A stretch of 63,435 nt of DNA, counting the filler, from Octopus bimaculoides (taxonomy: Eukaryota), in NCBI RefSeq assembly GCF_001194135.2. It is 6 parts of 4 records of this genome, joined end to end, with 100 filler letters (N's around TTAATTAATTAA, not from the genome) between each part and the next. Parts side by side here need not be neighbours in the genome. Positions count along the whole stretch, not along the records: positions 1 to 7,212 come from NC_068987.1; positions 7,313 to 10,258 come from NC_068987.1; positions 10,359 to 29,190 come from NC_068990.1; 3 more parts are not named here. The stretch is one strand, 5' to 3'. The translations under genes and the position numbers were made by a program. The stretch's first letter is position 1, and each line of letters opens with the position of its first letter. This document shows, in pieces, positions 1 through 11,952 of this stretch. Below the pieces are notes generated by a model. That model ran no database searches. It had not been told where the DNA came from and saw nothing but the letters and a program-made list of their open reading frames with translations.

Positions 1-92
1 ACTACTGGTGATATCATCAAATTTTGAATTTATCCACAGATGATATGAACAATAGTGACATCTAACTTCAAATCTCAGTGTTTGAATATTTC

Positions 93-137
<45 letters not shown>

Positions 138-1328
138 CACATTCATATATATATGAAAGGTAACGTTGGCAACTATGCTTACTCTGTGCACAAGCAAACG
201 ACCATATGTTATGTAAATGCGTAGGGGGAAAATTCTCCGTGATATGTATGATAAACACTGAAGGACGAAAGCTTCCCATGGAGCAAGGAATCTCCTACGT
301 TAGTAATGCTGAAGGCTTCCTTATCATTTTTCTTTTGTTTTGGTGTGTTTCGCTATTTATCTCCTTGGGTTTATACAAAAGTATACACTAAATAATCTCA
401 TTGCCAAATACTACCTTTAAGATAGCATGCTAGCACTTATATAATATATATATGTGTGTGTGTGTGTATGCGTATACATATTTGTATATATGTATGTATA
501 TATGTGTGTGTATGTGTGCGCGTGCATAGAAGGAGAGCGATAGAGAGGTCCTAGTCATATAAAGAAGCTCTGCTGATAAAGTACAAAAGAAAAAGAAAAA
601 TACAACGTTATTAAACGTCAACCTCTGCTTTTAATTTTCCCCATTTCGTGTTTGGAACGTGATTTCCATCCCACCTTCACCACCACAATCAGAACAGCCA
701 AACTATTATCCTTTACCAAAGAATGTCATGACCTGAAATGCAGGCAGGTCACAACTAGGTGTCGCTTCATGATCTAATTCAATCTCACTTGCATTTATTT
801 CTTCGCCATTTTCTTAGTTTTATTATTTTTCCTTTCTTTCTTTCTTTCTTTCTTTCTCTCCCTCTTTTCTACTTTTTCTCACGTTCTCTTTATTTTATTT
901 TCGTTCTCTATTCGTTTTAGTATAATCTTATTTATTTGTTTATTTAGTCATTCATGTTTTTTTTCTTGTCTTTCCTTCTGTTTTATTTATTTCGTTAGCT
1001 TGTTGAGGATCTTTATCGTTTGGCGCACAGTGACTGATATTATTGAAAATTTCTATACAGATGTAGTTTTGCATGCCAATTACAAAAATCACAACCGTAT
1101 TTTCGAGAAATTAATAATGAAAAATTTAACGAACCTTTAAAGATTAAAACTTTGTAATTTTAGTCAATGAGATTAATCTATTCTGATAACACTATTGCAA
1201 TATGGAAAGTGCCTTGGCCATTTTTTCCCAATTTCGAAAAGCGTCTGCGACAAATGCAACAACATTTTTTGAGAAATTAATATAAAACGTATAAAACCGT
1301 TATAGTTGACAATATTTAATGAAAGACT

Positions 1329-1545
1329 AGGCGGAGGGCTGGCAGAATCGGTACCGCTCCGGGAAAATGCTTAGTGGCATTTCTTCCGACTTTACGTTCC
1401 GAGTTCAAATGGCATCGGGGTCGACTTTGCCTCTCATCATTTCGGGGTCGATAAAATAAGTACAGTTGAACACTAGGGTCGATTTAATCAACTGACCCCT
1501 TCCAGTGAAATTGATAGCCTTGAACTAAAATTTGAAATTATTATT
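1329..1545 (+). mobile_element. SINE family A (AGGCGG.GAGCTGGCAGAA head, ATT tail)
   Basis: Shares GAGTTCAAAT..GTCGACTTTGCCT.TCATC.TTTCGGGGTCGATAAA.TAAGTAC with many copies in the window. Other copies are at about 10970-11150 (+), 32430-32570 (-), 42690-42812 (-) and 46650-46780 (-). Confidence 0.8.
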
Positions 1546-1608
1546 TAATGAATAACAATAAAAGAAAACAACATTACTACGAAATTTTGCGATGCGCTGT
1601 ACTAACAC

Positions 1609-1682
1609 TAAACCCTAAATCCTAACTCTAACGCTAACCTTAAACCTAACTCTAATCCTAAATGTAACCCTAAACCCTAAAT
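1609..1682. repeat. Degenerate telomere-like (CCCTAA-type) hexamer tract
   Basis: AAACCCTAAATCCTAACTCTAACGCTAACCTTAAACCTAACTCTAATCCTAAATGTAACCCTAAACCCTAAA. Confidence 0.7.
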
Positions 1683-2022
1683 TTAGCCCCTTGCTGGCAT
1701 CTGTTAGTTAATATAGGAACATATATAAATAAAAAGTTGTGTATTCCTGTAATGTTGAGAGTAGAGGAATATGATTTGCTAAATAGCAAAAAAGTTATCT
1801 TTCATGGTTCAGAACTTCGTAATTTTTTATAATCAAATTTTCAAAATAATTAAAAAAAAAATACATATTTATAATTTTGATTACTGGCATGTAAAGTCCC
1901 ATTAGTGTCATTGCTGTTTTCTTTTGATTGACTACTGTCGCTTTTTCCTCCTCTTTTACATTGCCGACAAACTGTAGTGTACCATGACACTATATAAAAT
2001 AAGCTCATTGTTGCTGTTGTTG

Positions 2023-2059
<37 letters not shown>

Positions 2060-2069
2060 CATTATTATA

Positions 2070-2252
2070 GTGGAGGCGCGATGACCCAGTGGTTAGGGCA
2101 GCGGACACGCGGTCATAGGATCGCAGTTTCGATTCCCAGACCGGGCGTTGTGAGTGTTTATTGAGCGAAAACACCTAAAGCTCCACGAGGCTCCGACAGG
2201 GGATGGTGGCGAACCCTGCTGTACTCTTTCACCACAACTTTCTCTCACTCTT
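2070..2252 (+). mobile_element. tRNA-derived SINE 5' portion (family C)
   Basis: The head TGGAGGCGCGATGACCCAGTGGTTAGGG has an A-box-like motif and the B-box-like GTTTCGATTCC. It is related to the head at 38400-38655 and runs into a gap. Confidence 0.75.
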
Positions 2253-2517
2253 NNNNNNNNNNNNNNNNNNNNNNNNNNNNNNNNNNNNNNNNNNNNNNNN
2301 NNNNNNNNNNNNNNNNNNNNNNNNNNNNNNNNNNNNNNNNNNNNNNNNNNNNNNNNNNNNNNNNNNNNNNNNNNNNNNNNNNNNNNNNNNNNNNNNNNNN
2401 NNNNNNNNNNNNNNNNNNNNNNNNNNNNNNNNNNNNNNNNNNNNNNNNNNNNNNNNNNNNNNNNNNNNNNNNNNNNNNNNNNNNNNNNNNNNNNNNNNNN
2501 NNNNNNNNNNNNNNNNN

Positions 2518-2606
2518 ACTGGGGTCAATGTAATCGACTTAATCCCTTCCCCCAAATTTGAAGCCTTGTGCTTCCAGCAGAAAGGATTATTGTTGTTGTT
2601 ATTATA

Positions 2607-2655
<49 letters not shown>

Positions 2656-3160
2656 GCTCACAAAGGCGGCAAACTTGCAGGATCGTTACAGCACCGGGTA
2701 AAAAAATGCTTAGCGGCATTTCGTCCGTCTTTACATTCTGAGTTCAAATTCCGCCGGGATCGACTTTGCCTTACGTCTATTCGGGATCGATAAAATAAGT
2801 ACCAGTGAAACACTGGAGTCGATGTAATCGACTACCTCGCTCACCTAAAATTTCAGGCCTTATGCCTTAAGTAGAAAAGATTATTATCATTATTAGCTCA
2901 TAAATGCGGCAAGCTAGCAAAATCTTTACACTGGGGTCGATGTAATTGACTATCCACTCCCCAAAAATTTCAGGCCTTGTGTCTATAGTAGAAAAAGTTA
3001 TTATTAGCGTATGAAGGTGGCAAACTGGCAGAATTGTTAGTATCCCGGACAAAATGCTTGCCGGCATTTCATCCGTATTTACTTTCTGAGTTCAAATTCT
3101 GCTGTGGTTGACTTTTATCCTTTCATCCTTTCGGTGTCGATATAATAAGTACCAGTCGTG
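2518..3160 (+). mobile_element. Tandem cluster of four partial family A SINE copies
   Basis: Copies at about 2518-2600, 2662-2885, 2900-3005 and 3014-3160 are separated by (ATT)n tracts. Confidence 0.8.
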
Positions 3161-3782
3161 CATCAAAAAAATTCTAAGATTATGATCCTTTCTACTATAG
3201 GCAATAATTATTGGCACTCCCTCGGTCACGACGGCAAGGGTTCCAGTTGAGCCTGCTCATGAAATTAACACACATATGGGTGAGCACTCCACAGACACGC
3301 GTACTCTTGAAGTGGTTCTGATGGAGATTCAGCGTCAAACAGGATACGACAAGGTTGGCTCTTTGAAATACAAGTACTACTCATTTTTGCCAATTGAGTG
3401 GACTGGAGCCACGTGTAATAAAGTGTTTTTCCTCAAGGACACAACGCGTCGCTGAGAATCGAACTCATCCAAAATGTTTCATTTTCTAAGACGACTGAGC
3501 ATGATTTAATGGAGGCTTGACATGCTATTTCTAGTAGGTCAATCGGTCACATAAGAAGAACGCACGTTGCCCCCTTCAGTTTCAAGCTGTTCATTACGCT
3601 GCTAACCTCTCACTAACTTTTTCGTCTTGTCATATCTTTTTCTTTCTTCACAGCCTTCTTATCATTTCTTTGATGACGTGTTTCTAGTATCCTACAAGAA
3701 ACGACTATTTCAGTCTCTCCATCTTTTTTTTTATCGCCCTCGCTCTCTTTCCCGCTGTTCTCATTTTTTTTTTGTCTTTTTA

Positions 3783-4175
3783 TCTTTTACTTGCTTCAGT
3801 CTTTGAACTGCAGCCATGCTGGGACACCGCCTTGCAGGATTTAATCGAACAAATCAACCCCAGTACTTATTTTTAAAAACTGGTACTTATCCTATCGGTC
3901 TCTATCGAGCCGCTAAGTTATGTGGACGAAAACAAGCCAACTCCGGTTGTCAAGCGATGGTGTGGGACAAATACACATACACATTCTTTTATTTGGTTCA
4001 GTCATCAACTGCGGCCATACTGGAGCACCGCCTTGAAAGGTTTCCTTCTCGACCCCAAGTCTTATTTCTTAAGCCTAGTACTTATTCTATCGGACTGTTT
4101 TGACCAACCGCTAAGTTACGGGGATGTAAACACACCAACACTGACTGTCAAGCGGTGATCAGGAGACAAACACAC
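3783..4175 (-). mobile_element. Two tandem 3' halves of SINE family B
   Basis: CAGTC...GCCAT.CTGG..CACCGCCTTG is repeated at about 3797 and 3998. Confidence 0.75.
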
Positions 4176-4352
4176 NNNNNNNNNNNNNNNNNNNNNNNNN
4201 NNNNNNNNNNNNNNNNNNNNNNNNNNNNNNNNNNNNNNNNNNNNNNNNNNNNNNNNNNNNNNNNNNNNNNNNNNNNNNNNNNNNNNNNNNNNNNNNNNNN
4301 NNNNNNNNNNNNNNNNNNNNNNNNNNNNNNNNNNNNNNNNNNNNNNNNNNNN

Positions 4353-4460
4353 CAGATTGGAGCCTGGTGTAGCCATCTGGTTTCACCAGTACTCAGTCAA
4401 ATCGTCCAACCCATGCTAGCATGGAAAGCGGACGTTAAACGAAGATGATGATGATGATGA

Positions 4461-4463
<3 letters not shown>
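4353..4463 (+). mobile_element. 3' end of a retroposon with (GAT)n tail
   Basis: GTCAAATCGTCCAACCCATGCTAGCATGGAAAGCGGACGTTAAAC is followed by (GAT)n. The 5' part lies in the gap. Confidence 0.45.
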
Positions 4464-4500
<37 letters not shown>

Positions 4501-5939
4501 CGTGTACATTTTTAATGTACAATTTAAAGGATATTTGGCTACTGTTTCTGGCATATTGAACAATCACGTAGATATACTCCTTGATCCTGTACATGCATAG
4601 CGTTTTTTTTTTAACCCTAAGTCATCCAGGATTGTGTAAAACCTATCGTCTCTTTCTCTCTCGTTTCCCACTATCTTCTTCCCCATACACACACCTCTAT
4701 CTCTCGCCAATGCTCACGAATTTATCAACTTTACGAAGTTTATACATTCATCACTTTATCTCTGCAGAAATTCTTTAGTGTATTCTTCAGATTTCACAGA
4801 ACCATTAGCTGACAAACCTAGCCGTTCTTAATTTAATCTTACCCGTTTCCTCTCTTTTTAATTTGATTCTTTATTTCTTCTTTAGTGTCTTCTTTAAAAC
4901 AGGATGTAGACTTTAAGAATTTTCTCTTCTTTCGATTTCTAAACTTCTAAAGCTCTATGAGGAAAAAGAAAAAAAAAAAACAAAATAAAATATGCTTCCA
5001 TGTAGAAGTGTCTCGCTCCATAAAATGCTTAACGTTTGGTTATTCTTTTTTCTCTTTATTCCGATGTTTTTTCAACGCTAAACAATACGGATGGCTTAGC
5101 TTGCCAGTATGTTCTCTCACAAATATACCCGAATGTGTGTTTATATATGTGTGTGCATATGTTTGTATGTGTGTGTGCATCTGTATACTTGTATGTATGT
5201 ATGTATGTATGTATGCATGTGGGATCTATTCAATTTAACGTACAGATTTTTTTATTAATTTTTTTAAAACTAAACACTTTGAAACTTCGGATACTGGTAG
5301 AATGTCATGTAGAACAGGGTTGACTCTTAACTTTTTTGGCAAAATTTTGTATTTTAGGAGTTATCTCGTGTTAAAGTTGTCAAATTCGGGTAATTTTAAC
5401 CTATCAATGACGTGTATTCAGCTGAAGAAAATTTACTGCTGCTGTTTGTGAACAATTTCAGGGTCCATTGACAAAACGATGAGTCTTCGACAACAGAAAC
5501 ATTTAAACTGAAAATCTCCGCGCGCGCGCGCGCGGGTGATAAAGTCCATGTGGCTGGTGTTAATTCTATTTATGAAGTAGTCTGCGTAAATGAGACAGAA
5601 CCTTCTCTCTAGATAAGGGGCTGGCCTACTACAGCCAAATTCTTGAACGTAAAGGTCTGCATACGGATATTGTTGTTTTGTTTAAGTTTTAATTCAACTC
5701 CAACCGGGCAGACCTGTGGCCGAAGGTATTCGAGTTAGGGCCAGTTAGTACTTTTGTACATCTGGCTTATATTTTCTATGTATCCTTTTTTTTATGACAG
5801 TAGAGAAGGAGGTTTGGCTGTTATTTTTAGCAGATCGAGAGACCACATTGCCGTTACCTCAACGGCACGTCTTAGATTGGTGAATTATTCCATGATGTGG
5901 TTCTGCGGTGCCTACATGCGGCTAGATAGGCTGTGTTGT

Positions 5940-6380
5940 TGAGTATTATGTGTCTTGGCCATACCACAGTGAACAAGATCTCACTATGCAGAAAGATAAT
6001 TGTGTTGTTGACTACTAACCGTGTTTGTCATGCACATAGTGCAGTATACTATATGTCACTATGGTACCTGCTTATAACTAATCTAGCTAGATTGGGCTGT
6101 TGATGGTTAAGTTTTCTTTTACTTATTGAATGTGTACAGTGAACTATACCACACTGCTTCTTTCTAACAGTCATGCTAAATGGATTTCTTGACAGTTAAA
6201 TGTCTTGGTCATAAACACAGTAGAGTGAACTATATCACACTGTGTTACCTACGTACATTTAGGTATATGGTGTTGTTGATAAATGTCTTGATCACAGACA
6301 TTGTTCAGTGAACTACAATACGCTTTTGTACCTGGGATAAATGGATTATTGATAGTTAAGTATTATGATCATGGACTCAG
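5940..6380. repeat. Degenerate tandem repeat, period about 83-86 bp
   Basis: AGTGAAC recurs at 5968, 6138, 6224 and 6307. TGTCTTG recurs at 5951, 6201 and 6284. Confidence 0.7.
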
Positions 6381-6618
6381 CCCAATGCTGGTGGTTGGAC
6401 ACGAAACATCTCCTCTGAGATGGTTATCCAGTACTCATCTACTCTCAACTACATCAATATAAGAAGAAGATTATTTTTACGTACGTATGAGTATAAGTCA
6501 CGAACGTCACATCAACTTCCTGCTCGCTTCATTGAAAAATAGTCTGAGGAATTCATAATAATTTTTCAGTTGCTTTATTCTATTTTTCTTCTTTCTTTTT
6601 TCCCTCATCCGTATTCAG

Positions 6619-6759
6619 ATGTCTGCTTTGAAAGTATCCCTGCCACCCCAGATCCATTTGCTGACCCTTGAGGAATACGACCAGAACAACATCCTCATTC
6701 GTCTCGAACACATTTATGAAAAGCACGAAGTGAACAGAGAGGTTACCGTCAATATACAG
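6619..6759 (+). CDS. MAN2B1: Internal coding exon of a lysosomal alpha-mannosidase-like gene (GH38, C-terminal beta-sandwich region)
   Basis: Translates to MSALKVSLPPQIHLLTLEEYDQNNILIRLEHIYEKHEVNREVTVNIQ, matching the LPPxVHLLTL...LLRLEH motif of MAN2B1. A pyrimidine tract and CAG acceptor end at 6618 and the CAG|GTAGAT donor starts at 6760. The exon is 141 nt, phase 0-0. Its boundaries correspond, from memory, to the human exon running FSGLRRDLPP...VTLNLR. Confidence 0.88.
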
Positions 6760-7256
6760 GTAGATCGTATCTCAGTTAACCAACAAACAGTAGCAGGGTT
6801 CAAACCTGTCTATTCCTCTATTTCTAATTCTTGTCTTTATTTCAGATTTACTTCGTCATATGTTATGTTATATATGATTTCCTCTATTTTGACGACCCCC
6901 CCCCCTACGACGGTAGCTTAATTCTAAGCTCCAGCAAGTGACATCGTTAATCCTTCAGGTCAACTGTGACTCTGCAATCCAACAAGGAAGGAAATTCTAA
7001 TCGTGACCGTCACAAATTTTATCTAAATATATTGATTGCTATCAAAAGACATTACTATCCAATGTATAGTTTCTTTTGTTGCGTTGGTAAAATTTCATTT
7101 AAGGAATAACTGGCGTAGAGAAGCCTTTGTTGGTTCAGAATTTGTGAAAATTGTTAGAAATCTGAATATTGATTGCAAGCACTATCGGTCTATCTTTACA
7201 GCACTGAACACANNNNNNNNNNNNNNNNNNNNNNNNNNNNNNNNNNNNNNNNNNNN

Positions 7257-7268
7257 TTAATTAATTAA
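7257..7268. other. Artificial gap linker TTAATTAATTAA (assembly artefact)
   Basis: The identical 12-mer is embedded in N runs at 7257, 10303, 29235, 35241 and 55420. It places stop codons in all six frames. Confidence 0.95.
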
Positions 7269-7312
7269 NNNNNNNNNNNNNNNNNNNNNNNNNNNNNNNN
7301 NNNNNNNNNNNN

Positions 7313-7344
<32 letters not shown>

Positions 7345-7734
7345 TATATATATATCATTGTGCATGTGTGTGTGTGTGTTTATGTATGTGTATGTGTGTG
7401 TGTGTGTGTATGTGAGCACTGATATTTTTTTATATTACAATGCCAACCAGGAAATGTACTTTTAGGACTTGTAAATAGCTTTTGTATAGCCTGAAAAAAT
7501 GTATTCGATTTGTTTTGAGTGCCATAATGCAATAAGTCTTATGCAAATTTAACCAGATTATTAAATATATTTTATGTTTCACAAGTTCTGAAAAAAATTC
7601 TCCTATGCAAAGCTATGTGAACATAGTCCTGTCATTATATCGAAGCAACAATAATTGCCAAGTAGTTACAAAGACAACATTGGACTACAACAATACTAAT
7701 TAACGCTATGAAAAGTAACTATATTTCTTTTGCA

Positions 7735-8390
7735 CACCTGATCTGTCCTAAGTTCCAACCGCTTTTTAAAATTTAAATTTTTAAAAGGTTTAATAAAAAA
7801 ATAACAACTAATTAATCAATAATGTATTCACCCTTGCTGTTTACTACTTCTTCCCAACTTTCAACAAGATTTTCAATACCTCGTTGATAGAAATCACCTG
7901 TTTTCGAGTCGAAAAATTGATCCAACCAAGCTCTCAATTCTGTCTTTTCTCTTGAATAGCCGTGTTGAGTCGTTCCATCTGTTCAACATAGAGTTCCACG
8001 TTGACCGTTTGGTTCAGTTCAAGCAATTCGTAATTTGGTTCAGTTCAAGCAATTCCCAGTCCCATCATAAGCATGTCATCGTTTTACGCGGATGAAGATC
8101 TTGTTTCACGTGCGATGTCGCTTATTTACCGGGGTTAAGCCATTCCTTACGCTGCTTCCTATCGATGTACAGGCACCATTTTTCGTCGCCAGTGATGATT
8201 CGGTAAAGAAATCGTTGCTTGTGTCCATGAGTTGAGCGGAGATTGTGGCTCGTTGATTTTTGTTGTCACTTAAAGCATGCGTAACACATGTTCCATTCTT
8301 CTGAACCTTTCCCAACGAGTGAAGATGCTTCTCTATAGCAATGTGGGAGCATTCCATTTTCTGTGCCAGTTCCCTAGTTTGACGAGAATT
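7735..8390 (-). mobile_element. Degenerate mariner transposase, 3' portion with internal deletion
   Basis: The minus strand gives RELAQKMECSHIAIEKHLHSLGKVQK, then after a frameshift FYRIITGDEKWCLYIDRKQRKEWLNPG. It ends ...GEYIID* (stop at 7812-7814). It has stops and frameshifts, and the boundaries are approximate. Confidence 0.85.
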
Positions 8391-8561
8391 TTGTATGCTT
8401 AAAGGTAAAGCACTTGATGCGTAATGACAGGGATGTGAGTTCGAGTCTCATGGCTGGCCGGTAACGATGTTTTTTCCATAATATATGGATAGTTTATCCT
8501 CTTCATGCGGTTGTATTAGCATTATCATGCGTTTGAGAATAAAGTATTTCTGTATCTTTCA

Positions 8562-8604
<43 letters not shown>

Positions 8605-8902
8605 TCCTTGAGATTTTCTCCAACTAAAGCTTTTAATTGTTTTGGAAAACTTAAAAAATGTAGNNNNNNNNNNNNNNNNNNNNNNNNNNNNNNNNNNNNN
8701 NNNNNNNNNNNNNNNNNNNNNNNNNNNNNNNNNNNNNNNNNNNNNNNNNNNNNNNNNNNNNNNNNNNNNNNNNNNNNNNNNNNNNNNNNNNNNNNNNNNN
8801 NNNNNNNNNNNNNNNNNNNNNNNNNNNNNNNNNNNNNNNNNNNNNNNNNNNNNNNNNNNNNNNNNNNNNNNNNNNNNNNNNNNNNNNNNNNNNNNNNNNN
8901 NN

Positions 8903-8954
<52 letters not shown>

Positions 8955-9973
8955 ATATTGATTGAAGATAAAAAGAACAACTGTGCAACGATTTAAATAA
9001 TGATATATCTAATAAGATAATTTTTATGTTAATCTACAACTTGTCTATCTTAGAGTTAATTCCCAATATACAACACAAGCAAAAGCCCACTAACATTACT
9101 ACCCTCCCCTACACACACGCATAGACACATACAAGCACATAGTTACTGTTTACAAGCATTCCAATTTTCCCCTTGGATAGAGATCCCGCCTTTTAAATAC
9201 CCACCAGTTAAGATCACAATATATAGATGACAACTAAATCTCAATAACATTGAATAGTTGTTCCATTAAAGCCGCTACTAATGCCAAAGTGCAATAAATT
9301 TCTAAATGTTTGTCCAGAATATTTTTATATCTTTATAAAGCATGCATTAACGAGTTGGTTTGGCAAAGTAGTCCGAATATAAATCAGCCTTTAATGTTTA
9401 TGTTATATATTATGGATATTATAATGGCGTGTCTTGCTCTAAATTTCTTGTTAGGATAGATATTGGGAAAGAATTATGAATTTTTCTCTGTCTAGAGTTT
9501 ATGTAGAATTCTTACAGACGAGTATCCACATAAACGTATAGAAACATTACGAGAAAGATATTGTCATATACGAACACATTTTTCTAAACTGTGTTGATGG
9601 CCATGTCAAATTTTCTATTCATATTCGTCTATAATGGATTAAGATCTGCATCAGTGATTGTCAGCAGTTTCATGAAATACAGTAGTTTAAATACTGACGT
9701 TTTAAGGAGGTCAAATTTAAGGAGCGGTGGCTGTGTCACTAAAAAACTTTTTAGATTCGGGGTTAAATCAACGCTATTAAACAGCATTTATTATATGTCT
9801 ATAGCATTTCCCTTTGCGTGGATCGATCGTTGTGTCAGAGATGACAGAAACAAGAGATTTGAAGTATAATCAACTGAAAATCCAGTTCTTCACATAACGT
9901 GAACTGTACAATCCAATATCTCTCTGTCGTTAAGACATATAAGCATTACATGTCCCTTTCTTTATAGCTGCGA

Positions 9974-10011
<38 letters not shown>

Positions 10012-10358
10012 GTGTGTGTGTGTGCGTGTGTGTGTACACCCATAAGCATTACAGATTCCTCTCTTTATGGCTGCAAATATATATGCTTTCTTAAGAACTG
10101 TTATGAAATCTGTTATGAGGGTGTTACTAACCTTTTTTGAGAAGTTTTTTTTTTTCTAGTGTATGAGCGCTTTCGTTAAACCTATAAATATAGTAGAAAG
10201 AAAATAGAAAGCCCTTGGTACAGGACTTGGTCCTGTGCTTTTGTGTGTGTACGTTTGTNNNNNNNNNNNNNNNNNNNNNNNNNNNNNNNNNNNNNNNNNN
10301 NNTTAATTAATTAANNNNNNNNNNNNNNNNNNNNNNNNNNNNNNNNNNNNNNNNNNNN

Positions 10359-10814
10359 TGGATATTATTATAAAAGAATTTGACAAGATCAGTAAATATA
10401 AAGACTTGCTAATAGAAATTGAAAAAATGTGGCACCTCAAGGCGACTACCATACCAGTGATTGTAGGATCTCTAGGAATGATAAAAAAAAAAGGTACTGA
10501 AACCTATTTGAAAATGATACCAGGCTTACCATCCCTACAGGAAGTGCAAAAAATCGTGCTAACTGGAACGACTCATGTACTAAGAAGAGCAATATCGCTG
10601 TGAAAACAACATCCATTCATGAATTTAAAAGAAATTTTTTTTTTATTCTTAAATACATGTTTTACCTGTGAATTTGCGTGTGTAAACTGGGAATGCATAC
10701 AACGAGTTTCTCTGCCCTAGGTGTACGGAAAACACTCGGCGAGAAATGGAAGAAAATTTGAAGAAAGAAGAAAAAAACAACAACAACAGCAACAACAATA
10801 ATAACAATAATAAC
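10359..10814 (+). mobile_element. 3' end of an R4/Dong-clade non-LTR retrotransposon (restriction-like endonuclease tail, 3' UTR, AAC/AAT tail)
   Basis: Encodes KEFDKISKYKDLLIEIEKMWHLKATTIPVIVGSLGMIKK...LQEVQKIVLTGTTHVLRRAISL* (stop 10601-10603). The KY.DL..E..K.W...P.VIG.LG and QK..L.GT..ILR motifs typify R4/Dong. The 5' side runs into a gap. Confidence 0.8.
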
Positions 10815-10962
10815 ATCGAAAAATATCTTAGGAATGAGAACCTACGTTCGAAATTTCCCCATGACACCTGATGAAGGCCGGAGGGTATATCAGCCGAAAC
10901 GCTGTGTTAACAAAAAACAAGATGAGGACAAATATTAGTCAAATGTAAATAATGTAAATAAT
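10815..10962 (+). mobile_element. Short PLE-terminus-like repeat with hammerhead-like core (family H1)
   Basis: Same sequence as 40395-40575 and 54715-54956. Contains GACAC-CTGATGA-A-GGCCG..CAGCC-GAAACGCT-GTGTT at 10863-10908. Confidence 0.65.
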
Positions 10963-11878
10963 GCAAATCGTCAGCATGTCAGACAAAATTTTTAGCAGCA
11001 TTAGTCTTTCTTTACTTTCTGATTTCAAATTCTGTCGACTTTACATTTCATTCTTTCAGGGTCAATGACATAAGTATCAGTTGAGCACTGGAGTTGATGT
11101 AATCAACTCCCCACCTTAAAATATTGACCTTGTGCCAAAATTAAAAGGCATATTATAAATTTAAGTGGTGACAAGCTGTCTAATGAAAGCAGGGAAGTTA
11201 TATATTTTTTTGTTTTATTTTACCAAATAGCAACGATAAATATAATCTTTCACCATCTGAATATAAAAATAATACTAACTTCCCCTTGTCAAAACCTATT
11301 AGTCTCACTATAAGTAAGAACTATATTTCTGTAAATCACTATCAGAGTACCACATACCATAGAAAACTTAAAAACCATTGTTGCTACTGAAGAAATATGA
11401 TTCTTTGCTGGCTTTTAGTAAATCAAGATTTAAAAGTTATAAAAATCACTGTGATATTTCAAATACTGATAGTAGCAAGCAATATTTCCCAGTCTCCATA
11501 TTCTATAATAAACACTTCTCTGTTTATTCATTTACTAAGGTAAGGAGTTACTTTTCCATCATTCATCATAATAACCTATTACTGAATGAATGAAACAGAA
11601 AACGGAATATTACATGGTATAACGTTCCACTTGCAGGATATGTCAAATGAAAATTGCGCACAATTTTGCAACACAACATAAGTACTATCAAATATTCAAT
11701 AAGTCTGCTGTTAAACTTTCTAATTCTACTGTCTAATTTAGCAATTATTGTAACCGATAATAATCGATCTAAATTAAAAAAAGTATAACATTAATTGCAA
11801 GGAGACAAAAAAATTATAAATTTAATAATACTTGTCCCTCAAAATAAATTACTTATCGTAACTCTTATAAAAGTGTGA

Positions 11879-11933
11879 GTCTATATACTCATGGGAATTT
11901 GATCATGCGACAAATTCCCATGAGTATATAGAC
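11879..11933. other. Perfect 23-bp hairpin with 9-nt loop
   Basis: GTCTATATACTCATGGGAATTTG (11879-11901) pairs perfectly with CAAATTCCCATGAGTATATAGAC (11911-11933). Confidence 0.95.
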
Positions 11934-11952
11934 ACTTTCAAATTCATCGAAC

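Noticed and set aside
206-391. ORF with a hydrophobic, transmembrane-like C-terminus
   Set aside because: The hydrophobic run comes from T-rich sequence, the acceptor is weak and no homology was recognised.
1026-1310. Transib-like start CACAGTG followed by MITE-like sequence
   Set aside because: No matching CACTGTG end or target-site duplication was found.
2070-2145. Functional tRNA gene (also considered at the 38655, 46230 and 37861 heads)
   Set aside because: A and B boxes are present, but no complete cloverleaf forms and each continues into a repeated SINE body.
6381-6490. Possible preceding mannosidase exon (PNAGGWTRNISSEMVIQYSSTLNY or SPMLVVGHETSPLRW)
   Set aside because: There is no phase-0 donor in an open frame, and similarity to GH38 is not convincing.
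7257-7268. Recurring TTAATTAATTAA as a biological motif
   Set aside because: It is always embedded in N runs and is an artificial linker.
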